From Methanobacteriota archaeon (GTDB taxonomy: Archaea; Halobacteriota; Bog-38; Methanoflorentales; Methanoflorentaceae), in the NCBI GenBank assembly GCA_963720465.1, contig OY970393.1:1120001-1184000 (forward strand): a DNA stretch of 64,000 bases, written 5' to 3'. Of the stretch, positions 60,560 through 64,000 are shown in pieces (within the stretch, counting starts at the first letter, position 1; each line of letters opens with the position of its first letter). Under the pieces are notes generated by a model that did no database searches, was not told the DNA's origin, and worked only from the letters and a program-made list of their open reading frames with translations. The position numbers and the translations under genes are program-made.

Positions 60560-61859
60560 GCAAGAAGGGGAGCACCCCGAACAGGAGTATGTTGTTCACC
60601 GCGTGCATGGTGATGACAAACGGCAGGTTCTTTGTTTTGTAATATGCGACGCCAAAAAGGAGCCCTACCCCAGATGCGAAGAGCAGCTCGTAGTAGTTGG
60701 CGAAGCCTGATTGCATCGCACCAAAGATGATGCTTGTGATGAGTATGCCGACAACCGGCCCGCTGCGTTGCACAAGCTCCGGTTGCAACAGGGCTCGAAA
60801 GAGCAGCTCTTCTACGACCGCGACAACGAAGATCATCAGGACGCTGAGCTCGAGAAGCCCGACGAGCGAGTACGAGGGTATAAGGGCGGGATTTGCGAGA
60901 ATTTGGTACTCGATGAGCGCCAGCTCTACGCCTATGAGGGCGCCGAACGGAATCAGGTACGTCAACTGTAGCCCGCCTGTGAGACCAAGGTCGTGACGGC
61001 TCAGCTTTCGGTGAGCAACGACCCCAATGATCGGGAGGAGCATTACGCCGTAGATCGCCACCAACCAGTAGAGGGTCATCGTCGGGATGAACGCAAAGGA
61101 GAGGTTGACGACACGCAGCAACGACACCAAAGCAAGCACCTCTAAGAGCTCGATACGTTCTCCGTTCAGCACTCCTATCGCGACGATAATCACGACGAGG
61201 TTCAACGCCTGCACGGCGACTCCAGCGACGCGGTGCCCACTGAAGAGCAAGCCCTCGCCGGCGAGAATAAGGAATATGGCGAGGAGCTCATACCACGCCA
61301 AGTTGAAAACAAGCGATGTCCTAGCGGCTTGAGCGAGCGTTGTTCGGGTGGTGCCGAGGAGACGCGAAGAATGATACGTCACCGGCACTTCGGTGCTCTG
61401 TGCTTGGCTGTATTTGCTGCGACCCTCCGCGCATACGATGTACGTATGTCTGGCCGGTGCGCTATCGGTGACCGTAAACTTATAGCGCCCGAAGGCGTCG
61501 GTGATGGTGGTGGCCGTGCGCATCTTGTTTGTCGGATCATCCGTGTTGTAGAGCGCGACGGGCACTGCCACCATCTGCGCGCCGCCGCCGCTTGTGAGGC
61601 GTCCTGCGATCGCGATGTCGTACCCGATAAGCTGGTGCCGGGGGGTGGCGGTGGCGGTGATGGTCGTGAGGCTTTCTACGCGTCTTGAGCGTCTTTGCGC
61701 AACGTCTCTGCTGGAGGCACCACGCGTTCCAGTTCTCTCAGCGCTTACAGTCGTGTCCCATCTCTCGAAAGCAAGAGCAGATTCGCCTGAGGTCGAGAAG
61801 CCATCTTGTTGTCTCTGCTCTTCTTCCCCCGGCAATTCGGCGGCCCCCTTATATTTCAA
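60537..61859 (-). CDS. CPBP (Abi/Rce1) intramembrane glutamic endopeptidase with N-terminal Ig-like domain
   Basis: EELLFR, FGAMQ (His position is Gln) and HAVNN motifs; N-terminal TTITATAT...IAGRLT...TDAFGRYKF Ig pattern. Start uncertain. Confidence 0.85.
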   Translation of the reverse strand: MKYKGAAELPGEEEQRQQDGFSTSGESALAFERWDTTVSAERTGTRGASSRDVAQRRSRRVESLTTITATATPRHQLIGYDIAIAGRLTSGGGAQMVAVPVALYNTDDPTNKMRTATTITDAFGRYKFTVTDSAPARHTYIVCAEGRSKYSQAQSTEVPVTYHSSRLLGTTRTTLAQAARTSLVFNLAWYELLAIFLILAGEGLLFSGHRVAGVAVQALNLVVIIVAIGVLNGERIELLEVLALVSLLRVVNLSFAFIPTMTLYWLVAIYGVMLLPIIGVVAHRKLSRHDLGLTGGLQLTYLIPFGALIGVELALIEYQILANPALIPSYSLVGLLELSVLMIFVVAVVEELLFRALLQPELVQRSGPVVGILITSIIFGAMQSGFANYYELLFASGVGLLFGVAYYKTKNLPFVITMHAVNNILLFGVLPFLPILAVPH

Positions 61860-61923
61860 AAATCGAAGTATAAGCCTTTTATCGTGGATAGATTCTACAT
61901 CGACGATAGAATATAATACTACC

Positions 61924-62970
61924 TCATTGAGCGATCGTAGCTCGCGCAGCAGAGCGCCGCACTATGTAGTTGCTGATGGTAAAACACAGTGCGGTGGCAA
62001 TCGCTCCGACGAGAACAAACTGTAAAAGCAGCGGAAGTGCACTTTGGATAAAGATCCACTGCACGCCCAAAACAATGGGAAACTGCAGGAGATAGACGGC
62101 GTACACGTTTTGAGCGAGTACCGTCACGACCCGCCCTGCGGTGTTCCACCGCTTCTTGAAGATGATGAGCGCACACACACAGATGCCGATACCAATAAAC
62201 GCCTCCCAAAACGAGAACAACAGTGATGCGAGCGTGAATCCGCCTTGTTGAAGCGCGTTTCCAAATGCTGCAGACAGGATGCCAAGCCCAAACAAGCATA
62301 TGACGACGACGATTCCCCACAGCCGCGCGAGTGAAGCGGGAAGAGCCGCAAGCCAATTATTTCGGTACGCGAGTATGCCCGCAATGATGAGCAAGATGTA
62401 GAGCGGGGCGTGCGCGGGCTCAACGGTGTGGTACAGCTTCCAATTATCAAGCGGATACCTGCAACGTACGATGAAGTTAGCGGCACCAAGAGTCAGCGCC
62501 GCGACGACTAGTGTCCCGTTCCCCGGGCACGCCACTTTGCGGACCGTAAGCCGACACCGCCGCCAAGCGCTGTACGCTAGCGCCATGATGATCAGTATGA
62601 CGATGAACCAGAGGTAACTAAACCAGAGCGCTGTGCCCGTAAGGTACCCAATAAGCGGGATTATGGACGCCATAACGATAATGAGCGGGATGCCAAGCCG
62701 GATGAAACGATCTTTTAGGAAGCGTTTCCCTCCTTTCCGATCGAACGAACCGGGAAGAAAGTACGCTGAGATGAAGAAGAAGAGGCCCATGAAAAACGAA
62801 GTGCTTATCGTGAGAAAGGCGCCGACAATCAAAATGTCCGCGAACGAAAATGGCACAGGAGCCGTGATGGGCCATGCGGCGGCAGGGCCGTAGGGTTGGG
62901 CGGCGTGCACCCAGATGACAATAACAATAAGGAGTATCTTAATGTTATCAAGATAGTGGAGTCGTGGCAT
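61924..62970 (-). CDS. Acyltransferase family 3 (MdoC/OafA-like)
   Basis: RLHYLDNIK, VH, FFMGLFFFISAYF, DRFIRLGIP, LWF and YAVYL motifs; ATG at 62970. Confidence 0.88.
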   Translation of the reverse strand: MPRLHYLDNIKILLIVIVIWVHAAQPYGPAAAWPITAPVPFSFADILIVGAFLTISTSFFMGLFFFISAYFLPGSFDRKGGKRFLKDRFIRLGIPLIIVMASIIPLIGYLTGTALWFSYLWFIVILIIMALAYSAWRRCRLTVRKVACPGNGTLVVAALTLGAANFIVRCRYPLDNWKLYHTVEPAHAPLYILLIIAGILAYRNNWLAALPASLARLWGIVVVICLFGLGILSAAFGNALQQGGFTLASLLFSFWEAFIGIGICVCALIIFKKRWNTAGRVVTVLAQNVYAVYLLQFPIVLGVQWIFIQSALPLLLQFVLVGAIATALCFTISNYIVRRSAARATIAQ

Positions 62971-63305
62971 GCTACTACACCCACATTCGAGGTGTAAAAG
63001 CTGCTTTACGTATAAGCTTGCTGGCTTCTTTTTAAGTGCGCGCGTGCGCTGTGCCGTTCTAGGTGTTAACTGGAAGCAAAAAGGGTACGAAAAAGCTAGA
63101 GCAGTTGTTCCTAAACCGCGCGTGCAAGTATGACAAGTGGTACCTCTCAAGCGCAGATTCGAGTTTCTTGGGAACGCGCTCTGCGGGAAGCTTTTTGTTG
63201 GTTTTTATTATCTCAGACTCGATGCGATGACCGAAACTTTGTAAAACTTTTATTCTTCAAATTATTTCCAAAAAAGAGTCCTAGAAATATCAAACAGTCA
63301 ATATT

Positions 63306-64000
63306 TCATGTGTCGATCACGGACTGATATATCCGAACGGTTTTTTCTGCTATGGCATCCCATGATAAATGCTGAAGCGCTCTTTGTCGGACCATTTTTC
63401 CAAGATCCTCTCGTAGTGTCCTGTTCTCAAGAAGGGAGCGAATACCCAAAGCAAGAGCGGGGGGGTCATTCGGAGGAACATACATACCCGTGTCACCTAA
63501 ATATTCTGAACTCCCTCCGAGGGGGGTTGCGATCACCGGGGTCCCGTTCATCATAGCTCGCGTGATAATATTGCTCGCCCAAACTGGTACGCTATAGATG
63601 GCGAATGTGAAGATGCTCTCCTGCATTTTTTCATCAAATTCTGATTCACTCAAACTGCCACACCACCGGATCTGATCCGCCACGTCATTCCGTCTTGCCT
63701 CCTCTTTCGCTGTTTGTTCTTCCTCCTTCCCATAGATACCGTACACTTCTAGGTTGATCTTAATCCCTTCTTCACGCAAGATTCGGAGCGCTTTGAGAAG
63801 GGTAAAGAAGCCTTTGTGTTGCACAGGGCTCCCAAAAAAAGTAACTCTGGTCCTCACCAATCCCCAGAGGTTAACCTGGCGGCCACCATGGAATACCACA
63901 TGAATTTTGTCTTCTGGAATTCCATCCTGTATCATGCTATTTTTTTGTTGCTCGGAATGAACGATGACCGCATCAGCATATTGATACACTCGATGAAGCA
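63306..64000 (-). CDS. Glycosyltransferase family 4 (5' part outside window)
   Basis: IVHS, FFG...HKG, AMMNGTPVIAT, VPPNDP and SWDAIA motifs. Confidence 0.85.
   Translation of the reverse strand, partial: LHRVYQYADAVIVHSEQQKNSMIQDGIPEDKIHVVFHGGRQVNLWGLVRTRVTFFGSPVQHKGFFTLLKALRILREEGIKINLEVYGIYGKEEEQTAKEEARRNDVADQIRWCGSLSESEFDEKMQESIFTFAIYSVPVWASNIITRAMMNGTPVIATPLGGSSEYLGDTGMYVPPNDPPALALGIRSLLENRTLREDLGKMVRQRALQHLSWDAIAEKTVRIYQSVIDT

Noticed and set aside
1-64000. tRNA or rRNA genes and a tRNA att site for the integrase
   Set aside because: No T-loop/cloverleaf or rRNA signature seen by eye; tRNAscan-SE/Infernal would be needed to exclude them.

Overview
The window is archaeal, most consistent with a Halobacteriota/Methanomicrobia-like lineage. 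That assignment is an inference from the cupin-type GPI, DUF1616, a PGF-CTERM tail, the C1A+lectin-like protease architecture and TATA-like promoters. Bases ~1-43 kb and ~60-64 kb form a large surface-glycosylation region. It holds a nonulosonic-acid cassette (DegT-type aminotransferase, acetyltransferase, neuC, neuB), many GT2/GT4/GT-C glycosyltransferases, three SAM methyltransferases, ugd/galU, two flippases, an acyltransferase and many decayed gene fragments. Bases ~43-60 kb, plus outliers at 14-16 kb and 35-36 kb, hold a co-oriented family of secreted proteins. Unrelated N-terminal heads (deacetylase, GH-like, G1-peptidase-like, C1A protease, two Asp-box propellers) sit on interchangeable ~100-aa Ig-like stalk repeats with 9-10 N-glycosylation sequons each; the 35-36 kb outlier is a PQQ-like propeller that shares the leader but has no stalk. 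These genes share a repeated promoter+signal-peptide module, leave fossil stalk and leader fragments, and show perfect internal and inter-gene repeats, which suggests ongoing head/stalk shuffling. A decayed GT2 copy is split in two by a 5.4-kb segment ending in a broken tyrosine recombinase, and that segment contains a 273-bp MITE-like inverted-repeat element. No rRNA, tRNA or CRISPR array was recognised. All family calls come from motif recognition by eye, not from database searches.
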